Shown here in pieces: positions 39,101 through 52,107 of a stretch of 64,000 bases of DNA; positions within the stretch are counted from its first letter, which is position 1, and each line of letters starts with the position of its first letter. The notes under the pieces were generated by a model that did no database searches, was not told the origin of the DNA, and worked only from the letters and a program-made list of their open reading frames with translations. Position numbers and translations under genes: made by a program. Origin of the DNA: Malacoraja senta (lineage: Eukaryota); NCBI GenBank assembly GCA_038087875.1, contig JAXLNO010000406.1, positions 186,001 to 250,000 of the forward strand, given 5' to 3'.

Positions 39101-42100
39101 CCCAGCAGGTCCAAATACAAGACCGGTCAAAGGGCGAATGAGCTTCTAGCGAGCCCACGGCCATCCATACTTCAGTAGAAGTTGCGATCACTGTCGTACA
39201 TAGCATTGTAAGGAGTGAAGACAAATATGAAATGAAATTCTTCCCTCTGCTTGCTTTTCAAAAGAGAAGTTAATTAAAAAAATAATGAATTAGTGATGGA
39301 GTCGCGTCAGACAAACTAGCATTGACCTCAGCCAGGAGTTTTGTCTCGGACGAAAACACCCAGTTACTTATTCAATTGATTTAAAATGGATTTATCTAAA
39401 TGTAGTTAAAACCAGTCCCAAAAAGTTAATCTGCGAGTCTAGTTGGTAGTAAAGAAAGCAAACTCAAGAGAGCTTGTATACAAAAACAGGGATGTAATGC
39501 TGAGGCTCTATCAGGCCTCATTTGGAATTTTGTGAGCAATTTTGGACATCATATTTGAGGAAGGATGTGCTGGATCTGGAGAAGGGCCTGGGGAGGTTTA
39601 CAAGAATGATCCCAGAAATGAGTAGGTTAACCTATGATGAGCTTTTGTACGCGCAGGAGTTTAGAATGATGAGGGGGGCCCTCATTGAAACATACAGAAT
39701 AGTAAAAGGCTTCGATAGAGAGGATGTGGAGAGTATGTTTCCATTAGTGGGAGAGTCTAGGGCTAGAGGCATAGCCTCAGAATTAACGGACTTTCTTTTA
39801 GGAAGATGAGAAGAAAGTTCTTTCGTCAGCGGCTGGTGAATCTGTGGAATTCTTTGCCACAATAAACTGTGGAGTCCAAGTCAGTGGATATTTTTAAGGC
39901 AGAGATAGATATATTCTTGATTAGTACGGGAGTCAGCAGTTTTGGGGAGAAGGCAGGAGAATGTGTTTAGGAGGGAGAGTTAGGTCAGCCATTATAGAAT
40001 GGCGGAGTGGACTTGATGGGCCGACCGGCCTAATTTTACTCCTATCACTTATGATATTATGATCTTAAGCATTGAAATGTGGTATCAATGTGCTGACCAG
40101 GATTGTTATCAAAATTTCTGGGCAATTGTCAGAGAGGGAAATCTATGCCATAACTCTCTCTGACTTGTCAGTGACTGAAGTTTCTGGTGACTCAGTGTTG
40201 GCCATGTTGGAATCGTGAGGTTCATTGTTATTAACTGTCTATCATGTTGAGGCATTGCTTGAATTAGATTCGTCAGGGAAACTATCATTCACCTCAGTCA
40301 AGGCTTTTTCTCGGTGGAATACGCCCAGCTATTTGTCCAGGCAAAGATCCTCTTACGCACATACACCTGGAAAATTGAGATCTTTTGCCGAATTTCTCAC
40401 TGTAGTGCAGCTGCTGGTTTAAATCGAAGGTAGACAACAAATGCTGGAGTAACTTAGCGGGACAGGCAGAGAAGGAATGGGTGATGTTTCGTGTCGAGAC
40501 CCTACTTCAGACTCAATGAATCAATGAATCTGATTCCGACCCGATGAATCTCCTCTGTTCCCTCTCCAGCATAAACACATCCTTCCTTGAGCGTGTCGAC
40601 CTGCACACAATACACCAAGTGAGGCTGACCAGCCTTGATAGCCTTACACGTGACCCAGAGCACCAACAATTTCCATGTCAGTACAAATGTACTTCGCATG
40701 CCGACGGCACGGAAAGTGGTCGTTAATATATATCATAACCACCAAAAATCCCAGGACAGATCCCTGCTGAAGACCACTGCGAACAGATAGCCACTACCAT
40801 TCCATACCTTTCAATCACAAAACTATCCTGATGCTAATACCCTCTGCCTCCTTAAACCAAGTCAATCTTGGATCCAATTATCCAGGTCATATCGGATATC
40901 ATATGCCTTCTCTTTCGCCACTCGCCCACCATGAGGGAACATGTCCAATGCCCCACGAAAGCCCATATATTGGTTTAGCCTGAGTTGAATGAATTCTTGT
41001 TGACAGGTCCAGGATCAATAGACAATAAACAATAGACAATAGGTGCAGGAGTAGGCCATTCGGCCCTTCGAGCCCTTCGATGTGATCATCGCAGATCATC
41101 CCCAATCAGTACCCCGCTCCTGCCTTCTCCTGACATCCCCTGACTCCGCTATTTTTAAGAGCCCTATCTAGCTATCTCTTGAAATCATCCACAGAATCGG
41201 CCTCCACCGCCCTCTGAGGCAGAGAATTGCACAGACTCACCACTCTCTGTGAGAAAAAGTGTTTCCTCGTCTCGGTTCTAAATGGCTTACTCCTTATTCT
41301 TAAACTGTGGCCCTGATTCTGGACTCTCTCAACATCGGGAATATGTTTCCTGCCTCTATCGTGTCCAAACCCTTAACAATCTTATATGTTTCAATGAGAT
41401 CCCCTCTCATCCTTTTAAACTCCAGAGTGTACAAGCACAGCAGCTCCATTCTCTTAGCATATGACAGTCCCGCCATCCCGGGAATTAACCTTGTAAACGT
41501 ACGCTGCACTCCCTCAATAGCAACAATGCCCTTCCTCAAATTAGAGGACCAAAACTGCACACAATACTCCAGGTGTGATCTCACTACGTCTCTGTACAAC
41601 TGCAGAAGGACCTCTTTGCTCCTCTATTCGATTCCTCTTGTTATAAAGGCCAACATGCCATTCGCTTTCTTCACTGCCTGCTGTACCTGCATGCTTACTT
41701 TCATACACTGATATAGAAGGACTCCCAGATCCCGTTGTACTTCCCCTTTTCCCAACTTGACGCCATTTAGATAGTAATCTGCCTTCCTGTTTTTGCTACC
41801 AAAGTGGATAACCTCACATTTATCCGCATTAAACTTCATCTGCCACGCATCTGCCCACTCCCCCAACCTGTCCAAGTCACCCTGAATTCTCATAGCATCC
41901 TACTCACAGTTCACACTGCCACCCAGCTTGGTGTCATCTGCTAATTTGCTAATGTTACTTTGAATCCCTTCATCCAAATCATTGATGTATATTGTAAATA
42001 GCTGCGGTCCCAGCACCGAGCCTTGCGGTGCCCCACTAGTCACTGCCTGTTATTCTGAAAGGGAGCCGTTAATCGCTACTCTTTGTTTCATGTCTGCCAA

Positions 42101-45100
42101 CCACTTCTCTATGTCAGCACTATACCCCCAATACCATGTGCCCTAATTTTGCCCACTAATCTCCTATGTGGGACCTTATCAAATGCTTTCTGAAAGTCCA
42201 GGTACACTACATCCACTGGCTCTCCCTTGTCCATTTTCCTAGTTACATCTTCAAAAAATTCCAGAAGATTAGTCAAGCATGATTTCCCCTTCGTAAATCC
42301 ATGCTGACTCGGACCGATCCTGTTACTGCTATCCAAAAGTTTGTCTATCTGATCTTTTATAATTGACTCCAGCATCTTCCCCACCATCGATGTCAGGCTA
42401 ACTGGTCTATAATCCCTGTTTTCCCTCTCACGCCTTTCTTAAATAGTGGGATAACATTAGCTACCCTCCAATCCACAGAAACTGATTCTGAGTCTATAGA
42501 ACATTGGACAATTATCACCAATGTATCCACAATTTCTATAGCCACTTCCTCAGGTACCCTGGGATGCAGACCATCAGGCCCTGGGAATTCATCAGCCTTC
42601 AGTCCCATCAGTCTATCCAACAACATTTCCTGCCTAATGTGGATTTCCTTCAGTTCCTCCGTCACCCCAGATCCTCTGGCCACTACTATATCAGGAAGAT
42701 TGTTTGTGTCCTCCTTAGTGAAGACAGATCCAAATTACCTGTTCAACTCATCTGCCATTTCCTTGTTTCCCATAATAAATTCACCTTTTTCGGTCTTCAA
42801 GGATCCAACTTTGGTCTTAACTAATTATTTCCTCTTCACATACCTAAAGAAGCTTTTACTATCCTGCTTTATATTCTTGGCTAGCTTACCTTCGTACCTC
42901 ATCTTTTCTTCCCGTATTGTCTTTTTGGTTATCTTCTGTTGTTCTTTAAACATTACCCAATCCTCTTGCTTCCTGCTCATCTTTGCTATGTTGTACTTCT
43001 TCGTTTTAATTTTTATACTGCTGTCCCTTGTCAGCCATGGTCGTCCCTTTCTCCCCTTGGAATCTTTCTTCCTCCTAGGAATGAACTGATCCTGCACCTT
43101 CTGTATTATTCCTAGAAACACCTGCCATTTTTATTCCACTGTCATCCCTGCTAGTGTATCTTTCCAGTCAACTTTGGCGAGCTCCTCCGTCATGGCCCCA
43201 TAGTCCCCTTTATTGAACCGCAACACTGACACCTCCGATCTACTCATCTCCCTCTCCAATTGTAGATTAAACCTGACCATGTTATGGTCACTGCCTCCTA
43301 ATGGCTCATTAACCTCGAGGTCCTTTATCAAATCCGGTTCATTACATAACACTAAATCCAGAATTGCCTTCTCCCCGGTAGGCTCCAATCCAAGCTGCTC
43401 AAAGAATCCATCACGAAGGCACTCTATAAATTCCCTTTCTTGGGGTCCAGTACCAACCTTGTTTTCCCAGTCTCCCTGCATGTTGTAATCTCCCATAACA
43501 ACCATGGCTTTACTTTTGCTACATGCCAATTTTAACTCCTGATTCAACTTGCGCCCTATGTCCAGGCTACTGTTTTGGGGCCTGCAGATTAGTCCCATTA
43601 GGGTATTTTTACCCTTACAATTCGTTAGTTCTATCCATACTGACTCCACTTCTCCTGTTTCAATGTCACCCCTTGCAAGGGGCTGAATTTTATTCCTCAC
43701 CAACAGGGCAACCCCACCCCCTCTGCCCACCTGTCTGCCTTTTCGATAGGAGGATACCCTTGAATATTCAGTTCCCAGCCCTGGCCCTCTTGCAGCCATG
43801 TCTCAGTAATTCTCACAACATCATACTTGCCAGTTTCTAACTGAGCCTCAAGCTCTTCCACTTTATTCCTTATACTTTGCGCATTCATATACAGCACTTT
43901 GACCTCCGTATTCACTTCCCCCCTCGCAATTGGCCCTGACCTTACTCTGTTGTCCATTCTCGAGCTTTCCTTCCCATTAATTCGAGAATCTTTTGTAATT
44001 TTTCATGCAGTCACTTCCCCTTCAACTCCATCTTGATACTCCCAATTTGTCAATCCCTCCCCACCACTATTTAGTTCAAACCCACACGTGTAGCCCTAGC
44101 AAACCTGCCTGCCAGAATGTCGGTCCCCCTCCAGTTAAGGTGTAACCCGTCCCTTTTGTACAAGTCACCCCTACCCCAGAACAGATTCCTGTGGTCTATT
44201 AATCTAAATCCTTGCTCCCTGGTCCAGCCCCTCAGCCACACATTCAGATTCCCTATCTCCCTGTTCCTGTCCTCACTAGCACGAGGTACTGGAAGCAATC
44301 CAGAGATAACCACCCTAGAAGTCAGACATTTCAGACTTCTTCCCAACTCTCTGAAGTCATGTTGGAGAACCTCCTTCCTCTTCTTCCCGATGTCGTTTGT
44401 GCCTACGTGCACAACTACTGCCGGCTGTTCACCTTATCTCTCTCTCTCTCGAATGTTCTGAATTTAGCTCGTGACATCCTGAACCCTGGCACCAGGGAGG
44501 CAACAGACCATCCTCGCATCTCATCTGCCGCCACAGAATCTCCTGTCCGCTCCTCGGACAATGGAGTTACCCACCGGTTGCCGGTCGAGTCCCATCTCTA
44601 GGATTGGACCCACCGACGTGTCCACCACTCAGACTGGAAACATCGTCTCCCGGACAGTTCCCAAGAGCGCGTACCTGTTTTCGTTAGCCACAGCCAACTT
44701 TGTCTTCTGCACTCCACGATTTCCACCCTTTCTCTACGTCACACACCTTGGTTCTTCCTATATCCTCGGCGTGACTACCTCAGTGTAGGTCCTGCCCATG
44801 AAACTCTCGTTTTCCCGGATGGCCCTGAGGTCATCCAGCTGCTTCTCCAGTGCCCCAACACGGTCCTTTAGGAGCTGAAGCTGGACGCACTTGCCACAGT
44901 TGTAGCAGATAGAGGCTCCATCCGTGTCCCTGGGCTCCCACATTCTGCAAGCCTCACACTGTCACATCTGCCCCGACATGTGTTCATCTGCCTCAACTCC
45001 TCCTGTGTGCCAGTTCCACACTGGCCCCAATTCTCCAATATTACATCCGATATCCTGCCTGCCTTTATAAATACTTCCTGTTACCACTTATCTCAATCCG

Positions 45101-45964
45101 CTGCTTGATAATCTGATTCCCTCTCCACCACCTAACAGCGAGATCTCACAAAACCCTGCCCAACCGCAATCTCTCCATCATCCCCTCTCTCTCTCTATTT
45201 ATACACACAATCCCAACTCCGCCGCCCGACCAGCTCTTGCAATCCACGAGCCTCCCCTTTTTGTCGGAGTGAAACGTGGAGAAAGGTTTGTGTTGTCCAT
45301 CTCACGTAATTGGGTGACACCCCGGGCAAGGTTTCAGTTGTCCGCCCGCCTGTGCCCGAGTCTCCCCCCGACCCCCGGGGACTGACTCTCTGATTCTCTG
45401 CTTCTCCCCCCAGTCTACGTCACCCTGGATGTGGAAACAGCGCATGCGCAGCTCGAGGTGTCTGAGGATCGGAAGAGGGTGAGATGGACCGGGACCGAGA
45501 GGAGTCTCCCTGACACCGGGAAGAGGTTTACATACTGGGAGTGTGTGCTGGGATCGGAGGGATTCACATCGGGGAGACATTACCGGGAGGTGGAGGTGGC
45601 GGGGAGTCGGTACTGGGGTCTGGGAGTCGCCGCAGAGTCTGTGGAGAGGAAGAGACGGGTCACAGAGACCCCGGAGACTGGAGTCTGGAGCATCGGGCGG
45701 GGGGATGACGTGTTTAATGCATCCACCTCCCCTGAATCCCCTCTCCCCGCCCGTCCCATCCCCGGGAGGGTGGGAGTTTATCTCAGTTACGAGTCCGGGA
45801 CAGTTTCATTTTACGACGCGGACACCAAGTCCCATCTCCACACCTTCACTGGGAATAAATTCACAGAGAAACTTTATCCTTTCTTCTGGCCTTGCGATGA
45901 CAACTGGCCTTGTGATATAGGCAAGTGGCTGCGATTCTGCTCCGGTTCGGCTCCGGGTGTGTAA
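32690..45964 (+). CDS. TRIM E3 ubiquitin ligase, RING-B-box-coiled-coil-PRY/SPRY (TRIM39/TRIM27/A33-like); join(32690-33100,33184-33279,33823-34056,38240-38262,38358-38470,45414-45964), 475 aa
   Basis: All introns are GT-AG with compatible phases (0,0,0,2,1). Exon sizes 411/96/234/23/113/551 sum to 1428 nt with an open frame. The 96/~234/23 pattern is typical of B30.2-type TRIM genes. Confidence 0.92.
33184..33279 (+). CDS. TRIM exon 2 (96 nt, coiled coil)
   Basis: ttcccag|GAT CAG...GTC CGG|gtgaga; [32 protein letters not shown]. Confidence 0.92.
33823..34056 (+). CDS. TRIM exon 3 (234 nt, coiled coil)
   Basis: ttgacag|GAG CAG...CTG AAG|gtcagg; [29 protein letters not shown]...IVLFLK. Confidence 0.92.
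35355..36068 (+). pseudogene. Duplicated, broken copy of TRIM exon 3 inside intron 3, split by an antisense L1 fragment (~35372-36006)
   Basis: gacag|gatcagtcacacaac resembles the exon-3 start gacag|gagcagtcacaaagc. 36007-36068 atcacaacccagtttgctgaactgcaccagattcttactaagatagagcagcgcttactc resembles exon-3 tcacatctcagtttgctgaactgcaccagattctcgtgaagaaagagcagcgcattctc. Confidence 0.8.
36269..36939 (-). mobile_element. 5'-truncated L1 with a 15-bp target-site duplication
   Basis: Same family as 23293-24761 ([15 protein letters not shown]). T-rich tail on +. TSD gggattctcttgttt at 36254-36268 and 36940-36954. Confidence 0.88.
38240..38262 (+). CDS. TRIM exon 4 (23-nt micro-exon)
   Basis: ttatttcag|GAG GAA GCT GGT CAC AAG AGG AG|gtaaga. 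Confidence 0.9.
38358..38470 (+). CDS. TRIM exon 5 (113 nt, linker)
   Basis: ttcgcag|A ATT AGT GAT...CAC CAA G|gtaaaa; [37 protein letters not shown]. Confidence 0.85.
41027..45010 (-). mobile_element. Near full-length decayed CR1 LINE in TRIM intron 5 (antisense)
   Basis: ORF1 has a zinc-finger-like CGKC plus leucine-zipper segment and an SGNH esterase ([14 protein letters not shown]). ORF2 has the endonuclease ([20 protein letters not shown]) and RT ([27 protein letters not shown]). Ends in a (ctattgt)n tail. Confidence 0.92.
45414..45964 (+). CDS. TRIM exon 6: PRY/SPRY (B30.2) domain
   Basis: ctcccccag|[74 protein letters not shown], ending in TAA. Confidence 0.95.
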
Positions 45965-46116
45965 AGGGTCGGGTCCCGGGACCGGCGTCAGGAGCGGGGC
46001 TCAGCCAGGGGCTGTGGGGCAGAAACCCGGTGGCAACAGGTCGGCGCTGAACGAACGGCTCCCATTTAATCCCCAAATTCCGCGTCGTGAAACAAACCCC
46101 AGTGAGTGAGCACGGA

Positions 46117-46159
46117 AATAAAACCAGGGGGGATGTAAATGTGGGAAGCGTGAAATAAA
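46117..46159 (+). terminator. Candidate polyadenylation signals of the TRIM gene
   Basis: AATAAA at 46117-46122 and 46154-46159, followed by a GT-rich (tgtc)n tract. Confidence 0.55.
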
Positions 46160-48097
46160 TAGCAACTGAAATCAGAGCTGTCTGTCTGTCTGTCTGTCGA
46201 TCCGTTCATTTTAACGCGTTAACCGCTTCCGGCAACGGAACAGAAATTACTTTTGTGAAAATATAAAGATTGAAACAATCTCCCTTCCCGCGGGTTCAGC
46301 AGCAGCCGCGGGCGGCGGGTCCTGAGCTCCGTCTCCCCCGGGTCCTAAAGTCCGCCGACATAACGTTGCCGAATCTTGTCCCTTCCCACCCCACGTAATG
46401 GGGAGGGTGGTGTGGGGGGGGGGGGGACGTGTGTCCCTGGAGCCGAGCAATCGGGAGGGAGAGGTCGGGGTTACCCGGCGCGGTGTCTCCCCGCCTAACG
46501 TGCTGTTAGTGCCCCCCTAAAACTGTCTAGAGAAGATGATTTAACTATATTGTTGTCTAGTTTATTCCATTCCCTTAAGGTTCTTACAAAGAATGAGTTC
46601 TTATAAATATCTGTCCTGGCGATTGGGGTTTCCATTTGCATATCATTTCTCTTTCTTGTTCTCCTTTCTGTTGAGTATGTTATGTATCTATCTGCAGTTA
46701 TGCCCACCATCCCCGTTTGAATCGTGTACAACATGGCTAGTCTGTTCCTTGCCCTTCTTGTTTCCAGCGTTTCCCACTCCAGGTCGGACAGCATCTGGGT
46801 GACACTGCTACCACTATTGTAGTTCCCGATGTAAAAGCGTGCTGATTTCCTCTGTACCCCTTCTAGTTTGTTGATATGACCAGTTTTGTATGGGTCTCAG
46901 GCGCATGAAGTGTATTCCAGTAAGGATCTAACCAATGTTGGATATGCTGTGGTTTAAACTTCCTTTGGGCAGAACCAGAGGTTTCATCCAAGGAATCCTA
47001 GTGTCCGGTTGGCTTTAGAGACCGTGTTGTCCATGTGTTCCCCCCACGAAAGCTTGCTATCAAGATGAACTCCAAGGTATGTCTGTGAACTTGTACGATT
47101 AAGTATTTGTCCACAGAAGACGTAGTCTCGAGTAAGTGGATTCTTCTTGTTTGAAATTACCATAATTGAGCATTTGGTTGGGTTGAAGCTCATCTTCCAT
47201 GTGTTTTGCCTTATTTCCAAGGACTTATGGTCTTCTTATAAGGAGTTCATATCCTCTGCTTCAGTGACAGGTGTATATACAAGACAATCATCTGTGAAGA
47301 GTCTTGTTTTACAATTTATGTGTTCAGGTAGATCATTAATGTACGTCAGGAACAACAGTGGTCCAAGGACCGTGCCTTGCGGTACTCCTGACAGTACTTG
47401 TTCTTCTAAAGAAATGTTTCCTTCACAGGCCACCCTCTGCATCCGGTTTGTGAGAAAGTCCCTAATCCTGTTATGTAGACTATTTCTGATGCCATAGTAA
47501 TCCAGTTTTCCTAGGAGCCTTTCATGAGGAACTTTATCGAATGCTTTTGAAAAGTCCAGGATTGCCATATGTATAGATTTCCCCTTATCTAATGCCCTCG
47601 TGATGTCATCAATAGTGACAACAAGTTGTGTTTCCGTTGAACGTTTTGCTCTGAAGCCATGTTGTGAGTCCACCAGTATCCCATTCTTTTGGAAATGGTC
47701 CATGATGTGAGAGTGTATGATGTGATCCATGATCTTACATGTAACACTGGTCAGTGAAACTGGTCTGTAATTCTCAGGGGCAGCCTTATTGCCCTTCTCA
47801 AATATTGCACAGATGTTTGCTTCCTTCCACTGTCGTGGTAGTGACCCACAATCAATTGAGGACTGGAATGAATCAGTGAGTATGGGTGCTATTTCCGATG
47901 CGAACATCTTTAGAAACCATAGTGGCAACTGATCTGGGCCCGCGGCTTTGTTTGCCATTAGGTTCTGTAGTTGTGTTAATACTCCTGCCTCATGGATCAC
48001 AAGTTCAGGGATATCCTGTAGGTTACTGGTTCCCATCGATGGAATGTATGACTTGTTTTCCCTCGTAAATACACTGGTGAATTGAGCATTAAGTGCT

Positions 48098-49270
48098 TAG
48101 AAACATAGACATAGAAACATAGAAAATAGGTGCAGGAGTAGGCCATTCGGTCCTTCGAGCCTGCACCGCCATTCAATATGATCATGGCTGATCATCCAAC
48201 TCAGTATCCCGTACCTGCCTTCTCTCCATACCCTCTGATCCCTTTAGCCACAAGGGCCACATCTAACTCCCTCTTAAAAAAAGCCAATGAACTGGCCTCG
48301 ACTACCCTCTGTGGCAGAGAGTTCCAGAGATTCACCACTCTCTGTGTGAAAAAAGTTCTTCTCATCTCGGTTTTAAAGGATTTCCCCCTTATCCTTAAGC
48401 TGTGACCCCTTGTCCTGGACTCCCCCAACATCGGGAGCAATCTTCCTGCATCTAGCCTGTCCAACCCCTTAAGAATTTTGTAAGTTTCTATAAGATCCCC
48501 TCTCAATCTCCTAAATTCTAGGGAGTATAAACCAAGTCTATCCAGTCTCTCTTCATAAGACAGTCCTGGCATCCCAGGAATCAGTCTGGTGAACCTTCTC
48601 TGCACTCCCTCTATGGCAATAATGTCCTTCCTCAGATTTGGAGACCAAAACTGTACGCAATACTCCAGGTGTGGTCTCACCAAGACCCTGTACAACTGCA
48701 GTAGAACCTCCCTGCTCCTATACACAAATCCTTTTGCTATGAAAGCTAACATACCATTCGCTTTCTTCACTGCCTGCTGCACCTGCATGCCTACTTTCAA
48801 TGACTGGTGTACCATGACACCCAGGTCTCGCTGCATCTCCCCTTTTCCTAGTCGGCCACCATTTAGATAATAGTCTGCTTTCCTGTTTTTGTCACCAAAA
48901 TGGATAACCTCACATTTATCCACATTATACTGCATCTGCCCAACATTTGCCCACTCACCCAGCCTATCCAAGTCACCTTGCAGTCTCCTAGCATCCTCCT
49001 CACAGCTAACACTGCCCCCCAGCTTCGTGTCATCTGCAAACTTGGAGATATTGCCTTCAATTCCCTCATCCCGATCATTAATATATATTGTAAATAGCTG
49101 GGGTCCCAGCACTGAGCCTTGCGGTACCCCACTAGTCACTGCCTGCCATTGTGAAAAGGACACGTTTACTCCTCTTTGCTTCCTGTTTGCCAGCCAGTTC
49201 TCTATCCACATCAATACTGAACCCCCAATGCCATGTGCTTTAAGTTTGTATACTAATCTCTTATGTGGGA
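48098..49270 (-). mobile_element. Young 5'-truncated CR1 nested in the older LINE
   Basis: Uninterrupted 337-aa ORF 48201..49214 with [10 protein letters not shown] and KFADD, plus a (tttctatg)n tail. Confidence 0.92.
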
Positions 49271-49724
49271 CTCGGCCTTCCCTTTCCCGTCACTTACAAC
49301 TGTGTTGTTCACCATGGCGTCTGCAACTCCCTTCTCTCCATTCCCCAAACGTTTCATATAAGACCAAAATTGTTTGACGTTTTCTTTCATTGCTGTGGTA
49401 AGATTGTTTGATACAAAGACTTGTTCGGCTTTATTCAGAGCTTTCCTTAATTCCTTCCGGCAATTTACAAAGGAACCCCAATCTTCTTTGTCTTGTGTCT
49501 TCTTTGCTTTATTGTATGCCCTCTGTCTCTTACGTCTGAGTCTGTGGTGATGTCTGGTGAACCAGGGTCTGGTATTTGGTGTGGCTGCTGTCCTTTTTGG
49601 ATTATGTCTCTCCATGATCTGCTTTATTTCAGTTTCACCAGTGTCCCACTTCTCCTGAATAGAGAAGCATTCCCCATTGAGAGATAATGGTCCCGTAAAG
49701 CATCCAGGTCTGCATTGATCAGTT

Positions 49725-49905
49725 GTTTAAGAAGGAACTGCAGATGCTGAAAAATCGAAGGTAGGCAAAAATGCTGAAGAAACTCAGCGGGTGAGGCACC
49801 ATCTATGGAGCGAAGGAAATAGGCAACGTTTCAGGGTGAAACCTTTCCTCCTTCGCTCCATAGATGCTGCCTCACCTGCTGAGTTTCTCCAGCATTTTTG
49901 TCTAC
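49725..49905. mobile_element. Penelope-derived inverted terminal fragments (hairpin) with a 15-bp target-site duplication
   Basis: TSD ctgcattgatcagtt at 49710-49724 and 49906-49920. The insert holds two ~55-bp arms that are reverse complements of each other. Confidence 0.75.
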
Positions 49906-50355
49906 CTGCATTGATCAGTTCCTCGTTTGCTTTCCGCCGTACGTAGTATTTCCTTCTGGCCTTCTAGGTTGTCGTTTCCACTATATGGGAGGCACCGTAA
50001 TATTTTCTGTGTTCAGGGCCTGGAGGCATTAATCCGGCCCTGGCAGTCCATTCATCTCCCCCCCTCCCCCCTCCCCCCCTCCCCTTCCCCCCCCCTCCCT
50101 CCCTCCCTCCCTCCTGTCTCTCTGGTGCGGGGAGAAACTCAAGCGGACCAACGTGTATCTGTCTCCGAATCTGTAAGCGGACCGTGTAGGGTCCATCGTG
50201 TGGAAACGGAACTAAGAGTGCGCACGTTTAAATAAAGCGAAGCGGGGACGCGGCGCTGTGGGCGCTGGCAACGTAGTGCGGACCCAATAGGGTGGACCGT
50301 GTAGAGGAAACTACATGTCGGACCGTGTAGGGTGAACCAAGAGCGATGGGGGCTC

Positions 50356-50460
50356 GATCTTCACTCTGCCGGGTCCGCGTTTGATCTTCACCCTGCCGGG
50401 TCCGCGTTTCATCTTCACTCTGCCGCGTTTCAGATTCACTCTGCCGGGTCCGCGTTCGAC
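50356..50460. repeat. 27-bp minisatellite, about 4 degenerate units
   Basis: Unit gatcttcactctgccgggtccgcgttt. Confidence 0.8.
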
Positions 50461-50479
50461 CTCCAAGGTTTAAAAAATA

Positions 50480-51030
50480 TATATTATACAATTACTTTTA
50501 TTCAAAAAATAAAATTAAACATAGAGTATTAACACAAACAAAGACTGCCTATGTACAAACAAACGATCAACAAATTAATATAACGCCAACTTTATTAACA
50601 AGACACTCGACCTCCCGCGGCGACCAGCGTTCACGGACGGTCTCCAGAGTCCCCGTGGACACCGCGTGTGTGTTCACTCTCCAGGCACACGCGGGCACGG
50701 ACGTAGGCCCGGAAAAGGGGCAGGCAGCCGACCCTGGTGTGGCCATCGACTACCCGCTGCCTGGACCCACGAATGGCCATCTTGGCCCAGGCCCAGGAGC
50801 AGACGGACAGGAGGACCCCCACCCCCCCTCCCCCCTCTGTACCGGGTGGCCAAATATCAGGAGTGTGGGGCTAACATGTAGCCAAAACATCAGGAGCTGC
50901 CCCTTCAGATAGTCGAACAGGGGCTGCAGCCTCTCACACTGCACGTAGACGTGGGACACGGTCTCTTCCTCGCCGCAGAAGTGAGAGCCTCCCACAGCCG
51001 GCCTCGAGGGTGCGGTGGACCGGACCCCCG
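50480..51030 (-). mobile_element. Tx1-like LINE 3' end
   Basis: FCGEEETVSHVYVQCERLQPLFDYLKG..FWLHVSPTLLIFGHPV. Same family as ~4063-4440. Confidence 0.75.
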
Positions 51031-52107
51031 TTCCCTCTCCTCTCCTCCTGGTCTCGCTCCTGTTTTTGATCCGTTTACAAATTGAACACGCACGCAGTCG
51101 TCGGAATCTCATTGGTGTGGCGGTCCCTGGGGTGTAAGCCACTCCTTGGATCATCCCCCTCGCCGAGTGAAGGACAGGGGACTGGTCTGCCACGGGGTTT
51201 CCAGTCGACCCTGGATTTAGTGCTCTCGAGGTGTGTGTGTGGTGTGCTCTCGTTGTAAGCATTAAAGTCTGCTAATTAAACCCGTCTGGCGTCTGGCCTT
51301 TTACTGACCTCGTTCAGGCCGCTACATTGGCACTTTTATTGTCACAGGTGTGAAATGCTACACACTGCAATTATATTTTTGATTACAAACAGTCCAGTAG
51401 AGTATTACCGTACCCCAGGTCAGCAAGTTTACATAAACAGTCTACTGATCCTGTAAACAAGAGGTGACATTTTCCAAAGTCCACATTCTAGTCATAGAGT
51501 GATAGATACAGTGTGGAAACAGGCCCTTCGGCCCAACTTGCCCACACCGGTCAACATGTCCCAACTACACTAGTCCCACCTGCCTGCATTTGGCCCATAT
51601 CCCTCTAAACCTGTATCCACGTACCTTTCCAAATGTTTCCTAAACGTTGAGATAGTAACGGCCTCATCTACCTCCTCTGGCATCTCGTTCCATACACCCA
51701 CCACCCTTTGCATGAAATAGTTACCTGCTCCGATTCCTATTAAATCGTTCCCCCCTCACCTTAAACCTATTAGACAATAGGTGCAGGAGTAGGCCATTCG
51801 GCCCTTCGAGGCAGCACCACCCTTCACTGTGATCATGGCTGATCATCAACAATCAGTACCCCGTTCCTGCCTTCTCCCCATATCCCCTGACTCCGCTAGC
51901 TTTAAGAGCTCTATCTAACTCGCTCTTGAAAGCCTCCAGAGAATTGGTCGCCACTGCCTTCTGAGGCAGAGAATTCCACAGATACACAACTCTCTGGGTG
52001 AAATAGTGTTTCCTCATCTCCGTTCTAAATGTCCTTCCCCTTATTCTTAAAACGGAGGCCCCTAGTTCTGGACTACCCCAACATCGGGAACATGTTTTCT
52101 GCCTCTA

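Larger units (their letters stand above)
46495..50045 (-). mobile_element. LINE of the CR1/L2/Jockey group (a family distinct from the common CR1 here), carrying two nested insertions
   Basis: RT motifs [49 protein letters not shown] and FTDD. The frame VSDGKGKAE|ALNAQFTSVFT rejoins across the nested CR1. Confidence 0.85.

Noticed and set aside
38780..40290. Weak similarity between ~38780-38985 and ~40070-40290
   Set aside because: Too diverged to delimit by eye, and no coding or structural signal.
51050..51332. LTR-like 3' end (attaaa...ccgctaca followed by ttgg)
   Set aside because: No matching 5' TG end, second LTR, TSD or internal gag/pol seen.
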